Source: Phoronis australis
Taxonomy: Eukaryota > Animalia > Phoronida
Reading direction: 5' to 3'
Length of the DNA: 56,158 bases
Assembly (NCBI GenBank): GCA_002633005.1
Contig: NMRA01000036.1
Span: 1,042,911 to 1,099,068 of the forward strand
The notes beneath the pieces were generated by a model, which saw nothing but the letters and a program-made list of their open reading frames with translations, had not been told where the DNA came from and did no database searches. This document shows positions 9,368 to 24,200 of the stretch, in pieces (the first letter of the stretch is position 1; every line of letters starts with the position of its first letter). The position numbers and the translations under genes were made by a program.

Positions 9368-12137
9368 ACCGATCTCCTAATATTCCTTACAGTGATAAGA
9401 CTTGATTTCCAGGAACAACAAAAATGTCAAAGCTATCAATGACGCCTAGTCGGTGAAAAGAAAATGCTTCCGAATTTATTGGAGTTGGTCACTGAACCCT
9501 AAAATTGCGAATTTGAAAACGCCGCATGTGCATATTGCCTTGTGACTTGAGTTGCTGCCTCACTTGGCTACAATTTCAAGATCAAATGAAGCGCTTTGGT
9601 TAAGAATTCTACACTGACAGCTAAACAGCTGCGAAATGCAGATTTAATTAAGATGCTGAACAAAAATCTGTAGATTCCACAACCTATACTAGACTTCAGT
9701 ATGTATTTTGTTATGCATTATCATACATGAAAAGTTTACCTTGTACAAAAATCCAATTCAATATTTAGTGTTACAAATAGGTGTTCAAAATATTACAACG
9801 CCTCTTTTCTACATATTAGATTGCTTTTGTTCAACGTTCAGTTGCCTCTGTAACACTTAAGTTATGCAGGACCCTATCAACAAGCCAAATATCTGCAAAA
9901 TCATGAACTTTGCCTCATGCCAGTTTGAAAAAAAAATGTTTACCCAAACCGGACCCTACTGTCGGTGAATAGGTAGGGAGGCACAGAGTTTTTCTAAATA
10001 CTTTATAAATCAGTCTTGCCATCATGTCCACCAATGTTCAATACTAAACACCAAGGGCACCAAGCGAGCCTCAATATCAAACCAAAAGGTAGCTGTTTCA
10101 TTTTCGTTCCGGTACGTATTTTGATTCTCTCTTAAATGTGTTCAGGCAATCGTATGCAATGGCCCCGGCCATCTTTCAATCTGTCAAGCATTCCGGAAAT
10201 TTACGCCTATGACATACTGCAACACAAATATGTAATTTGCCTCATATGCAATCAGTTGCAGATTTTTTGACAATTAAAGCTTTCTGTGCTTTCGTGTTTG
10301 TCATTATAGGAAAAAAATTGCAGCAGTGACAATGATTAAAACGAGTCGAACAGTCTTATTGCCTGATGAGATAGCTAGTTCTGTGATATGTTCCGAAATT
10401 GGCCAAATTTGGATATTTTCTAGGGTCCTACATAGCCTTAAAAAAACCATTATCTCTTGTTCACAGTGACTGACACTACAGGTTTCAGTATCACTAACCT
10501 TACTTTGTAAAGAAATAAGTTTGCTGTTAAAATTCTATGTAAAGCGCTAAACCTAACTATTATGTAGTGAGCTATCTTTGATTACGTAGCTAAAAAGAAA
10601 TTTGTCGGTTTTTATTTAATATGAGAATACTCGTGTGCAAATTTCGCTTGGGCAGTTGGAGTAACGTTACTTCGATAAATTTTGTAATGTCCTTGCAACC
10701 TAAAATTTTGAACATACTTACCCTTAATGGCACAATAGCTCTAATTAATATGTGAAGATGTATAATTTTGGATGAATGCATGCCTTAATTCATCACAGAA
10801 GTTTTCAGGGACTCATACTCCAAAAACTTTATCATAAACAAGTAGTAATTTTCATTGAAACCCTGAAAATTGCCCTCAGCTGGTAAACCAATCCAGTTCA
10901 TTTCTTTTTTAATGTACCAAGAGTTAATTGACATAACAAGTATGAATAATTAGTTAATTAATTAATCAACCATTTAGTATGCGAAGAGTCTCATACTTAC
11001 GCTATTGTTGTTTTTACATTTTTGGTAACAGCATTCAGTGATTCATAATGAAAAGATGTTTTTGAAACTTGCACCAGCTTACTGTTAGTCTGGTGAATAA
11101 TGAGGTGCTCTAATACAATACGGTATATAAGTCAATGAGTTAACGTGCCTACTGCCAATACAGAGGAAAACAAGCTGAATAAACAAGATAACAACTGAAT
11201 GAGAAGAACAGCACACCCCATGACCCCCACGATGATTGTAAGTGGATGAAAAGGAAGAAAATGACCACATTGTCAGACAAAATTCAACGAAAATAACATG
11301 CAATGGTTATTTTGTTCACGTCTCTGCAATATTCTGCACATGTTTCACCTCAGACATGTAAGTCATTATTGTGGTTTTGCTTACTAAAATGATGATTAAA
11401 AACAGAACAAGAGCAATGCAGAGCGCTGAAATGTGCCCATGAATGCATCGCAAACAGTGTGCTTTTAGGGTTGTTTATTTGTGTCATAAAAATGGCCGCT
11501 AGATGGCGCAAAAACGTACAATCCATCCGAAAATGGGAACATGTCGTGGCTTCTTTAATAGAAAGCGGAACTTCAGAGAAATGAAGGAACTCAGAATAAA
11601 ATGAAATTGTCACTAGGGGGCACAGTGTTCATTGGATCCGCCTGAAAGTAGTCATTGTCTGTTGTTAGCATCATATAAATACACTTATTGAATTTAATAC
11701 AGATCCAGCAGTGGGTTTAGGAGATACAGTTATGGGTGCACAACAAAACAAAAGTACCATTGGAGACGCCACAGTAGTCAAAGTCGTCGTCGTCAACCGT
11801 ACTCTTCACACACAGAATATAAACGCCAATTTTCAAAACCATCCTTAGAATGATTTGGTTGATAGAAGAGTGGACACCAAAACAGATTCGAAAACAGCAA
11901 AAATGACCACTACGTGGCACAAAATACATTGATTCTATCCAAAAATGGGAGGATAGCGTCATCTCACCAATAGATTTATGAAAATCCGTTGAGGACCCTT
12001 GAAGATAGAGGTAAACGTATAATCTAAAATTGCCACCAGAGGTCACACCAGTAGTCAGATCCGTCCGAAAGTCGTCGTTGTTCTTTGTCAAAATCATATC
12101 TTGTTAGATTTAGTAAAGATTCTGAAAATGGTTTTAA

Positions 12138-14378
12138 GGAGAATGCCACCCAAAACAAAAAAAAAAACTATTTTGTATCAATTTAGATCGAGTAGTTCTA
12201 CTCGATAACGGCACGTTACCTGACATCTGACAGCAGACAGAGGTATTGAAATTACCCAATGATGTAATTAGTTTCACACGCAGTCTGTTCAGGAGTTCAC
12301 AACACAGGTTAGTGGTGTCAGCTTATCGCTTGAATTCATCGTTTAACACCAATAAATCATCAAATTTCAAAGTAAAACCCTTAAAAATACACCGAGTTCC
12401 TATAAAAATGTTTTATTTTGCTGTTACGAATTTACTGGTATTTGGACACACCATAACCTACAAAAGTTCGGCAGGCCAATTCACCAAGGTCGTAGCAGGA
12501 GTTTGGGGTCTGCTCACAGATAAATTCAAAGTATTCTTCCGTGAAATACAGACAGCATATCTTTGTTGTTTATACTTGTGATTTTTTGAGTTCTAAACAC
12601 ACAAAATGCTTCTGGCCACTGGCTCGGAAGCCGATCAGGCCCGTTGCGGCCCGACTGACTCGTTATCCCGGCCAGTGGCTCGGAACCCGATCAGGCCCGT
12701 CGCGGCCGCCGGGACTGGTACGAACATAAACCAGCTTGAGTACTGTTGGAAACTAAACCACCAGTCACGAAAAGACTATAATANCGTATGTCAAAGGGTT
12801 TTGGAGATAAAGCAGCGGACGCCGGACGCCAGACGCCGGACGGACGCCGCCCGGACGGACGGACGGACGGACAGAGATGACGGCATAATGCGTCCACATA
12901 TAAATATGTGGGCGCATAAAAATGTTTTATTTTGCTGTTACGAATTTACTGGTATTTGGACACACCATAACCTACAAAAGTTCGGCAGGCCAATTCACCA
13001 AGGTCGTAGCAGGAGTTTGGGGTCTGTTCACAGATAAATTCAAAGTATTCTTCCGTGAAATACAGACAGCAGATCTTTGTTGTTTATACTTGTGATTTTT
13101 TGAGTTCTAAACACACAAAATGCTTCTGGCCACTGGCTCGGAAGCCGATCAGGCCCGTTGCGGCCCGACTGACTCGTTATCCCGACCAGTGGCTCGGAAC
13201 CCGATCAGGCCCGTCGCGGCCTCCGGGACTGGTACGAACATAAACCAGCTTGAGTACTGTTGGAAACTAAACCACCAGTCATGAAAAGACTATAATAGTG
13301 AGTCAAAGAAATAATGTGCACGTAATTATTTATGTGAATTAGCCACCAAACTGAAAATTTACTTACTCAGTCGGGGGCCGCGAAGTCGGGTTCCCTTTCC
13401 ACAGACCGTCAGGGCAAAGGTTGTACACTAACAATGACTTGAATAATGTATTTGTATTAAAAAAAAATTTCTAAATAAAGATTCCCCAAACATGTGACAA
13501 TAGCATATAAAATCGAATAATTGTTTCACGACAGCTTTCTGTCAGCAAACACTGAATTAGCATGCACTCACACGGCCTCAGTGCCCGATCAATTACCTTT
13601 GTTGCCAGCATCAAAAGCCGGTAACGCATTGGTTCATTCATTGCTTGATTCTCAAAAAATTTGCACTCACGAGCACTCCAAGGCGTTACAAATTGTATCT
13701 AATGAGACAGGCTTTGTTTCAGTTTCATATAAAGCTTTGGTTAGGATCATTTTAGGATGAGAATAATTCACTTTGAAACAGAACGAAGAATAAAACGTCT
13801 ACATGGAAACTCGCCCGGCGCCAATCCAGACTTAGTCAAGAGCTCATTCGACGAAGACTTCACGGGTCGGATCGTTAGGTTTCACAGGCTATCAGTTCGA
13901 TTCCGGAATACACTGATCAAGAAATACTAGAGAGCTGTCGAGAACATGCATAGGCAACGGACGTATGGATAGTTCTTTGGTAAGCCGAAATTCGTCAGAG
14001 AAATGACTGTCGACGAAATGCCGGCCACAGACACCGAGATGTTTCACGGCCTCTTACTTGCTATTAACAGCATACCTTTCATTCTTCACTACCGCGAACC
14101 ACTTCCTAAACATTTCGGGCTCTCGAGGAAGTAAAAAAAAAACGATATATCCGCTTTCTTCACAGCTTCATAGATCGGACAAGCTGAAACTGATGCACCG
14201 CAATATAGCAGCATTCACTCAGCAGACGAACCACTTACGTCGCTACTTCGCTTTTCACCTTCCTCACAGGTTAACATGACACCTCTTGGCAAGGTGAGGT
14301 CGACAGTACATGAGGCGACATGGATGTAAACCGATTAAGATGGTAAAAAAGACTAATTAAATCGGGTGGCTTTCTCCT
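12138..14378 (-). mobile_element. Kolobok-like family A copy 2 (both ends present, inverted); contains a single-N assembly join with a ~380-bp duplication
   Basis: TTAA-GGAGAATGCCACCC at the left and GGGTGGCTTTCTCCT-TTAA (14379-14382) at the right. It is the reverse complement of copies 1 and 3, with a THAP remnant at ~13970-14200 on the minus strand. Bases ~12402-12783 repeat at ~12916-13296. Confidence 0.75.
12785..12917 (+). mobile_element. 3' end of a young family H element
   Basis: GGAC/GACGCC microsatellite then hairpin ATGCGTCCACATATAAATATGTGGGCGCAT, nearly identical to 50080-50199. It begins right after the N at 12784. Confidence 0.7.
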
Positions 14379-17097
14379 TTAAGAGAAACAGCCATGGGCG
14401 CAAAAAAACGAAACTGCCATTAGGATGCACCACAGTAGCTGAAGTCATTGGAAAATCATCGTCAGCTGTCCACTTCAGAGTAAAAACATACACGCCAATT
14501 TTCACAATTATCCTGAAAGCGATTTGGTTGATAGAGGGGTGGACGCCAAAAAACAGACTCAAAAACGGTATAAATGGCCACCAGGTGGCACAAACAAGGC
14601 TGAATCCATCTGAAAACAGAAGCCTGTTCGCCAAATTTTTTGAAAATATGTTGAATACCTTTGAAGATACAGAGGTTAACCAGGGGGCACACCAGTAGTC
14701 AAATCCACTCAAAAGTCGCTGTTGTCAACAACATACAAATGCATTTACTGAATTCAGTAAAGATCCTGCTGACAGTTTAACAGATACAGCCATAGGCACA
14801 GAAAACAAAGCTGCCACTAGGAGGTGCCACAACTGTCAAAATCATTGTCAGCCGTCCTCTTCATTGTAAGTATATACATGCCAATTTCCACAATCATCCT
14901 TAGAGCGGTTTGGTTGACAGAGGGGTGGACACCTAAAAACTGTCTTGAAAACAGTAAAAATGGCCACTAGGTGGCGCAAATTACGTTGAATGTATTTGAA
15001 AATGGGAGAAAAGCATCATCTCACTAATAGATGCATATATGCCAAATTTTATGAAAATATGCCAAAGACCTTTAAAGATATAGAGGTAAGCGTAAAAAAC
15101 TAAAATTGCCACTAGGGGAAACACCTGTAGTCGGATCCCTACAAAAGTTCACACATGCTGTCCCATGAAAGGAACACATGTAAAATTTCCTAAACATACG
15201 TCATACGGTTTTGGAGTTAGAGCAGTGAACACCGGACCGACAAACGCCACTCGCACAGACAGACGAACGGACGTAGATGACAGCATAATGCGTCCACATG
15301 AATATGTGGGTGCATAAAAATTGAATGTTTAGTATTGGCTTTTGTGCACTCTACACGATCCGTCAATGAACAATCTATACTACAATAGAAATCATGAGAG
15401 ATTACTTTAATTGAAAATATTTGACTCTCAAAACCTAGGGCGCAATAGACAATGATTTGCTCAATTAAAAAAATATTGAAGTATTTCAAAATAACTAAAC
15501 CTTGATATTAATGGCACTAATTTGCATATAAAACATCAGTTTGACATTTTTGGCTTGATGACATCAATTTTCAATTTTTCCACCTAATTTAAACTTCATA
15601 TTAATGAAACTGCAGCTGGGGGGAGGGGCATTTTCCAATTGGACTAACATCAACCACAACTATATCCAGAGCATCACTTTCAAACATAATTTTATCCAAA
15701 TCTCTCGTGTACAGGTGCATAGGCCCAATTCTGGATAAAAGTGCAGCTTCGAATAAAACAGCATGGGCCTAAATATGGCCATACATGGTTGGTACACCAG
15801 CTGTTTTTGTCTTATTTTGGAAAGAAAATTAAAAAATTAGTACTAAAAGAATTTGCAATTTTAACTCTTAACAATTTGTTAGCAACAAAATAGAAAGGTT
15901 TTGAACTTAAGAGAATAAAAAGCAGATTAAGGAGTCCAACTTAGTTTGTAACCGTTCACTGTTAACAATGACATGACTTATGTTTGACTTTGTCTCCAAT
16001 CAGTCATTAGGCAAATCTTGCGCTAACGAAATAAGCACTCATTAGGACAAGTGGAAGAGAAAGCGAACTCATCGGCATATCAAAGGCTTGATGGGGCTGT
16101 CATGGATTGAAGGGAGCTCGTCACTATTCATGGGCCTGGCTGAACGTGCTGGATGACAGATAACTACGGTTGTAAACCAACACGCCTGTTTAGCGTACGA
16201 GTTTCAAAGTCAAAAAACGAACAATGAATGAGGCAAAAGACCAGCACGACTATTTTTAGAATTGAAAAGTAAATATTAGATGTCTTTGAACTTTTTAAAA
16301 TGGATGCAATATAAGAGAAATCAGCTAATAGGTTTTCTTCAGCATCGCACCTAGCCACGAGCATCAATTTGTGAATCGATTTGGATGGATTAGTCACAGT
16401 CTGGCTTAGGCTCGCTTAGGCATCAGGGCACCAAAATCCAAAATGTTAGCGTAGGATTTGTCTCATGACGAGTGAGTGAGTCAGTATATAATTAGCATGG
16501 AACACTGTTACAACAAAAGCAGATAGTGAATAATTCTCGCCATCTAACAGGTAGGCTTGGTCTATAGCCAGAGTACAGATCTCATGAGGTTAGCCACACT
16601 TCTGCTGAGTAGAGTTTCAGGACACTAAAAGTTACCCACTGACATTACACTGTTTGCCCAATGTTAGTTGCCATGACAGCAACATGTGTGTGAGGCAAGT
16701 ATGAAGATAAGACCCCACATTCAGTCCTGATGTGCTGCAGTATCTGACTGGTGTTAACAATAAAGGACCATGTACCTAGTATGTTTCATCTGACACCATT
16801 ATCAGCCTCCAGAAATTTATCACACAAAAATGACTGGAGGGTATCTGAATAACTGTTTATAAATTAAAGCAGCTCTACCGCTTCCTTATTTGGTGATAAA
16901 ATGGAGCATTATTTTTTCTCCATGGACACACAACTGTTCAGATGGACAGAAATTGTAAATTTAGTTCAGTGCTCAGTTACATAACACCATCAAGTCAGGC
17001 GCTAAGCTTCAGGTGATAAAGATGATCTGTACATTGTTTCAACATGTCTGATCATTTTTGTAGTTCCTTTAATTAGAAATAATTTAATGGGCCTCGG

Positions 17098-17687
17098 GCG
17101 ATAATTCTCCAAAATCCACTCAGGCTCTAGATCACGGGGGATAACGACTTCGCCATGTAATAATCTATATTTATCATACACAGGTGATGATACGGCCATG
17201 AAATAACTATTATATCACACCATGTGTCAGAAGTAATTTTCCGTATTTTCTCAAGAGAATGTAACCGTTATCATCTCTAGAGAAAATAACCTGGCAAAGC
17301 CGCATTTGGCGAGCTCAGTCTATAAGAATTACAGTAGTTGTTTTAACTCAGGTCTATTCTGTACTGGTGTTATTGTCATAACTGAATCATTGCGATAATT
17401 CTCCAAAATCCACTCGGGCTCTAGATAACGGGAGATAACGACTTCACCATGTAATAATCTATATTTATCATACACAGGTGATGATACGGCCATGAAATAA
17501 TTGTGATATCACACCATGTGTCAGAAGTACTTTTCCGTATTTTCTCAAGAGAATGTAACCGTTATCATCTCTAGAGAAAGTAACCTGGCAAAGCCGCATT
17601 TGGCGAGCTCAGTCTATAAGAATTACAGTAGTAAGTTATTTTAACTCAGGTCTATTCTGTACTGGTGTTATTGTCACAACTGAATCA
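17098..17687. repeat. Tandem direct duplication, 2 x ~294 bp
   Basis: GCGATAATTCTCCAAAATCCACTC starts at both 17098 and 17392. The units are near-identical through ...AACTGAATCA. Confidence 0.9.
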
Positions 17688-18148
17688 AATAGATAGCACA
17701 AATCATAAATATACTGGTTAAATTGAACTTAATGAAAATTAAGGTGAAAACGGTGTTTTAAATACGCAAACACACACAACCTAATGATGCAGCGACCTCA
17801 TTTGGCCAACTAGTCATGAATTAGTCATTGCTAATGGTAAACATATTACTATGCCAAACATAGAAAAACCTCCGGGTCCTAACCTTGTAGAATTTCGTCA
17901 ACATAACACGTATCAAGATATAACAACATACAGGTATCATCATGTACAGTATACAACATATATCTAATGCCAAAAAAAATTATGATGTGACACCATATGA
18001 TTGTATTTTATAATATTTTACCCCATCCCTGTCCTCTGTTGGCAATGATCAAACACTCTATATGACCTGATTTACAACTTTGGTCCTCAGGAGGGTGTTC
18101 CTTAACACACTCGCCAGTTAGGTCAATTCTCATCTTGGATAATCTTAC

Positions 18149-18262
18149 CTTGAATATTTCTATCATGCCTGTGGCAGCTGTGCGTACATCTCTCAGGTAG
18201 CTGTCGTCTTTGGCGCCAATCACAGGACTATCAGCAGAAAGTACGGCAGACTTATTCATCAC
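18149..18262 (-). CDS. TSC2: TSC2 coding exon (114 nt): [38 protein letters not shown]; last TSC2 exon found in the window
   Basis: CCCACAG acceptor, AAG|GTAAG donor, phase 0-0. Matches the tuberin VM..S...L.DV.TA..G segment. Confidence 0.88.
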
Positions 18263-21200
18263 CTGTGGGAGAGCAAATGACAATTAACTGTGCTTGACTG
18301 AGAAATTGCGACAAAATCTGGAGAAAAACATTGTTGGCTTTTGTATTTTCATAAAAAGTAGATTGTTGTGTGGGTCAGTGAACTAACACAAAAAATGGAT
18401 AGCAACAAATGGATTTATTAATTAAAACAAAAGCAATGCAGATCGTTGAAAACCGTCCATGACAGCAGGTACCAGAGTCAACAACACTTGCAAAATTTTA
18501 AAAAGGTCCTTCACAGGAGTAAGGGGATAGAGCGGAGGATGACAAAAAAGAGAAAAATTGCCACCAGGAGACAGTTGTCACATCAACCCACAAATCAATG
18601 CCATCTTCTCAGGGACAACAACGGACTCGAAATAATAAAAATAGCAACTAGGTAGTGCAAACATACATCAAATCCCTATGAAAATGGAAGATTTTAGTCA
18701 TCTCCTTGATAGAAACCTATTTGGCAAATTTTAAGAAAACCCATCAATGAAAATACAGAAGCAAACGTAAAAAACTAAAACTGCCACTAGAGCCCACAGT
18801 GGTAGTTGAATGGGTCTGAAACTTGTAAAAGTATGTTATCAGCTCCATAGTCATTGATTAAAACAGCACGGCAATAGGGGGTGCCAAAAAGCAGTTGAAC
18901 CTGTCCAAACGTCAACCACAGCCTTCTCATCACAAACACATCTGCCAATTTTCTCAACCATCCTTCAAGTACTTTGGCAGATAGGGAGGCGGACTCCAAA
19001 ATGGACTCTGTTAAAAATCCCCACAAGGAGACGCACAATACGAGAAGTCTGTCCAAAAATGGAAAGGCATTGTCGTCACTTTCATAGAAAAATTATAAGC
19101 CACGTTTCATGAAAATCCACAGGAAAATTGTAAAAAACAAAATTGCCGCTAGGGCCAAAGGCTGAAATTAGTCGAGACATCATCTGTCGATACCTCCATA
19201 GGAACACATCTGCCAAATTTCCCTATAAGTTCTTGAAAAAGGGTTAAAGTACATACAGAAAAAAAAAACAAAATCTTCACTACGGGGTGCCAGGATAGTT
19301 GAACACGTCTGAAAATAAACATCAACTTGAATTGCAGCCTCCTCATTAGAGACACAACCATCCTTCATGAAGTTTGGCAGACAGAAAAAGGCAGATGCCA
19401 AAAACGGATTTAAAAACTTTAACTATGGTCACTATGTCAAACAGAATCAACAAATCCATCTGAAAATATATAGATGCCGTAGTCTTCATTATAGAAACAT
19501 ATCTGACAAAATTTCATGAATATCCATCAAAGAATTACAAAGATACAGAGGCAATTCATAAAAGCTAAAATAGCCACTTAGGGACACAGCGGTACTCAGA
19601 TCGGTCTGAAATTTGTCATCATCAATCGTCAGCTTCATGCAAGGCTTTAGTAGATACAGCTATGGACATTGGACGCCCACGCAGAGATGACAGCAATATG
19701 CACCTGCATGTAAATATGTGGGCCAATAAAATCAACAAAAACATCAAGTTCATATATCAACAGAAAAAGCAGTAAAACTAGGCCAAAAGCAGAATGTCTC
19801 TATCAGCCCTTGTCCACAGCACAAGGCATGGTCACAACAGTACTGTCAAACATGTCAACACAATCAGTGCGCAAGTGAGTGAACACAAATGTTTGAGTGG
19901 CAAAAACACTATGCATCAGCAAATGCACCTCCAAACTCTGCTCACACCATAAGTCACGACTGAAACATGGCCAATAAGGTGGGTAGTTGAGAAACTCCAT
20001 CATTAGCAATTGTAACACTAGTCCGTTGTTTCACCACCTTACACATACTACGGAAATTCCTCTGCGTACGCTCATGCTATGAAACAAGCCATTACGTAGC
20101 GCTAAGAGACAACAACAGAACAGCAATCACACAGCAAGTCAATGGTTAATGCTCTCAACCATTCGACTTAATCAAACCTCAAGAACACGCACTTCAAAAA
20201 TCAGTAGAATGTTATAGATCTGCGCGCAAGATCTTATCTCAGATTTAACTCAATATTCCGACTTGACATTAAACCAATCACACTGAATGTACGGAAAAGT
20301 AAGGATCATGCAAACTTTAAACTCCTCGCATTTTGAGTACCGAGATTAGACCCTAGGTCTAGACACCCCAAAACACAATTCTGACACAAAAGTGCTTGGT
20401 TAAGGTTTGCCTTTGTATAGAAGGTTGTTTAGAGGTTCTTTTACTGAAGACACTTGGGGTGGTATATAAAATATTCGTATCCAGTTTGTTCATGCTGATG
20501 TGAAACACATCATGAACTTAAAGTAGAATGCCACCCGATTTAGTCTTTTTTACCGTCTTAATCGGTCTATATCCACATCGCCTCTTATACGGTCGACCTC
20601 ACATTGCCGAGAGGTATCGCATTAACCTGTAAGGAAGGTGAGAAACGATGCAGCGACGTCAGTGGTTCATCTGCACAGTGAAGGCCGCTTTATTGCGATG
20701 CATCGTTCCTGCTTGTCCGAACTATGAAGCTACGAAGAAAGCGGGTACATCGTTATTTCGACTTCCTTGAGAGCCCGAAATGCTTAGGAAGTAGCTCGTG
20801 GTGGTGAAGAATGAAAACTATGTTTACTTATTAATAGCAAGTATGAGGTCGTGAAACATCTCCGTGTTTGTGGCTGGCATTTCGTCGACAGCGATTTCTC
20901 TGACGAATTCCAGCTTACCAAAGAACTATCCATACGTTCCGTTGCCTGTGCATGTTCACGGTGCCTATCTAGTACTTCTTGATCAGTGTATTCCGGTTCG
21001 ACTGAACTGATAGCCTGTGAAACGTAACGATCCGACCAGTGAAGTCTTCGTCGGATGAGCTCGTGACTAAGTTGCCGGAGATTGGCGCCAGGCAAGTTGC
21101 CATGTAGACGTTTATTATTCTGCGTTCTGTTTCAAAATGAATTATTCTCACCCTAACCAATGCTGATATACAACTGACACAAAGTCTGTCTCATTAGATA

Positions 21201-24200
21201 CTAAATTCCTTTGCAGTATTTGTGAGTGCAAATGTTACCAGAAGCCAGCAATGAATAAACCACTGTGTTACCGGCTTTAGATGCAATAAAGGTAATTGAC
21301 CAGGTACCGAGCCCATGTGAGCGCATGCTAATTCAGTGCTTGCTGACAGAAAGCTGTTGTGAAACAATAACTCAATTTTATATGCTATGGTCACATGTTA
21401 GGGGAATCTTTATTTAGATATACAAATACATTATTCAAATCACTGTTACTGTACAACCTGGCCCTGACCGTTCTGTGGAAGAGGAACCTGACTTCGCAGT
21501 CCCCGACAAGTAAGTAGATTTTTAGTTTCGTGGCTAATTCACATAAATAAATACGTGCACATTATTTCTTTGGCTCACTATTATAGTCTTTTCGGGACTA
21601 GAGATTTAGTTTCCAACTTAAGCTGGTTTATGTTTGTGATGCCCAGTCCCAGCAGCTGCAAAGGGCCTGATCCGGTTCCGAGTCACTAGCTGGGAGTAAC
21701 AACTGTTTTGTGTGTTTAGAGCTGAAAAAATTGCAAGTCTAAAAGTATAACACACAGCTATGTTCCCCCCGTCTGTATTTCACAGAAGAATAATTCGAAT
21801 ATATCACCAAACATACCCGAACCATGGTAAATTGACCTACCAAACTCTGTAGGCTATGGTACGTTCAAATACCTATAAATCCGTAACAGTGAAATAAAAC
21901 AACACGTTTGTTCAAGAACTCCATGTATTTGTGAGGGGGTTTATTTTGATGATTTATTGGTGTAAAACAATGAATTCAAGCGATAAGTTGACACCAGTAA
22001 ACGTGTTGTGAACGGCTGAAAAGACTGCGTTCGAACCAAATATGTCATTGGTTACTTTCAACACCTCCGTCTGCCGTTAGGTGTCAGGTAAAACAACTGA
22101 ACTTGCTGTTATCAAACGGACCTACTCGATCTAAATTGAAACAAAACAGGTTGTTTTTTGGTTGGCATTCTCCTTTTTAATGTGGGAGCAACAGGTGATT
22201 CGAAAATACACACTCTAAAATCATTCAATCTATGAACAAGAATAAGGCCAAGCTGAAACTCAAAGAAGAGTGACCCCAAGTGGCCAACATTTTATGATGG
22301 TGGTGACATAACACCAAAAGAGATGATTAACTTTAAGAAAAATTCAACTAAAATGTCCCTTATATTGTTACCATTGAGCTGAAATTGCACCAACAATTAT
22401 TGTTTGCAGAAAACTTAATTTTGTCAAAAGACAATTCACTTTTATATCACAGAATAATTTTACATTCATTTGGCTAATGGTGTTTTTTCCGGAAGTGGAT
22501 AAATCATAAAAAGTTGTGAAAATGTACCAAAGTTTGTTTTCATAATTTAGAAACCTAATGATCGTACAATAATTTCTACAACTTATATTGAGAACTAACT
22601 CAGCTCGAGTTATTAACTAGTAATGGTAAACGTCTTAAATTAGGAAGGGCAATTTCATATGTCAATGCCATTCAGAGCTGATGGTGTTTACAAATAACAA
22701 GGGCAACACACGCCATTGATAGGCACTACAGCGGTCATAGTTACTCACAACGGTCACGCATTTTGAAAATCAGTTTTCTCTACTGAATAACAAGCATCAA
22801 TAACTGGTTCCCAAAATCAGGGACCCCTGTAAGTGACTGTTGCCCCAACAGCAACACAAAACACTGTAATGAAAAAATTGAAAGAAATTGACTGTCTTCT
22901 TTGAACTAATTATTAGGCAAGTGTAATAAACTAACACTAGATATCAGAATAACTTGTAAAGATGAAAGTCATACTATTCTACAGGGGCTGTGCAGATTTA
23001 GAAATCAAAAGGAACTGTGCACTAATCATCATAAACATGCAAAATGTCTTGAGAACCCATCAAGATGTTTTAAAGGGAATGCAATTATATAACAAGAGCA
23101 ACGCAAAGCCCTGAAATGCGCCCACGAATGCACTGCAAACGGTGTGCTGGCTGGAGCATAGAACAGACATTACATCGGACGTTTTGTTTGAGTAGGCTTG
23201 TAAACGTACGATCAGGATTAATTAAGGATTAACTTGAACCAGTCTTCAGTCAATCGTCACACCGAAAGCTATTAGCACCGGTCTGTAACAACCTGCGCCC
23301 ACCCACACACGGGGAAAAATGTGACACCTTCTTTAGGTCCTGGATTACATGTACCAAGTTACCCCGAAAATATTATTTTCAAAGTTTTACACCTTGGAGA
23401 GGGCTCGGAAGGCTTTTAGCTTTGGTGTGAAGCTGTTTACGAAATTAAATACAAAATTTTCCGCCGTGGTGGGTAAAATCGACCGAATAAAATCATCCTT
23501 GAGTAATCTAGATTATTTACCGGCGAGGCAAAATTGGTTTTCTACAATTAGTCTGCTGCTAAAATTGTGGTGTTATCTCTTGCGTCGACTTTTGGCGCAA
23601 TAAAATATTGCGTCACCTATTAGCCAGTTCCTTTTTCCCAGATTCTTCAATCAAACCTTCTCCCTCGAGGTTGCGTAAATGTCGCAACAAGTGATCAGAA
23701 TTAGTTTCACTTCATTATATGTTTTTGGAATTTTGATATCAGTAAACCGAATTTTAGAACAAATTTTGCTGCGATGATGTTATCATCATCTAATGGGAGA
23801 TGTCGAAAAAATTCTGGAAGTAGCGCGTGTCACGAATGTACTCCTTTCAAAATGACGACATACATTTCATTGTTACAAAAGGCAGAGAATTATGCAAGAA
23901 GATGACGTCGGATATTTTTCGCTTAAACGGTCGTAACGGGCAAGGTGAAAGTCAATTGACTCCCAGATTTTGCATGCTCACGTTGATACAAGTTTCATGA
24001 CAAGGTGACGAGTGTAACTATCCAGGCTGTGTGCAGTTTTGAGGTCTATCGGAGCTCAATACACAGTGGCACCTTGCTGTATTTTGACAATAGTCTTCAT
24101 ACAGCTAGCTGGCTAAATAGGAAGGCTCTAGCTTCGAAACAATTTTTTACTCCGAAAGTGACACCAAATTCAGAATGATGATGGATCATGCATGACACTA

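Larger units (their letters stand above)
11406..15315 (+). mobile_element. Helentron/DINE-1-like non-autonomous element (family H), split by a Kolobok-like insertion
   Basis: Starts AACAAGAGCAATGCAGAGCGCTGAAATGTGCCCA. It has internal ~150-bp subrepeats, a GACA/GGAC microsatellite and a terminal hairpin ATGCGTCCACAT...ATGTGGGTGCAT. The sequence resumes seamlessly either side of 12138-14378. Confidence 0.65.

Noticed and set aside
16164-16397. Minus-strand ORF starting TNPSK, resembling tuberin YTNPSK
   Set aside because: The match is only five residues, an in-frame stop lies a few codons upstream, the flanks are not tuberin-like, and it would be out of exon order.
16590-16620. Minus-strand LKLYSA as the expected next TSC2 exon (TKLY...)
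   Set aside because: Stop codon after about 12 codons and no acceptor.
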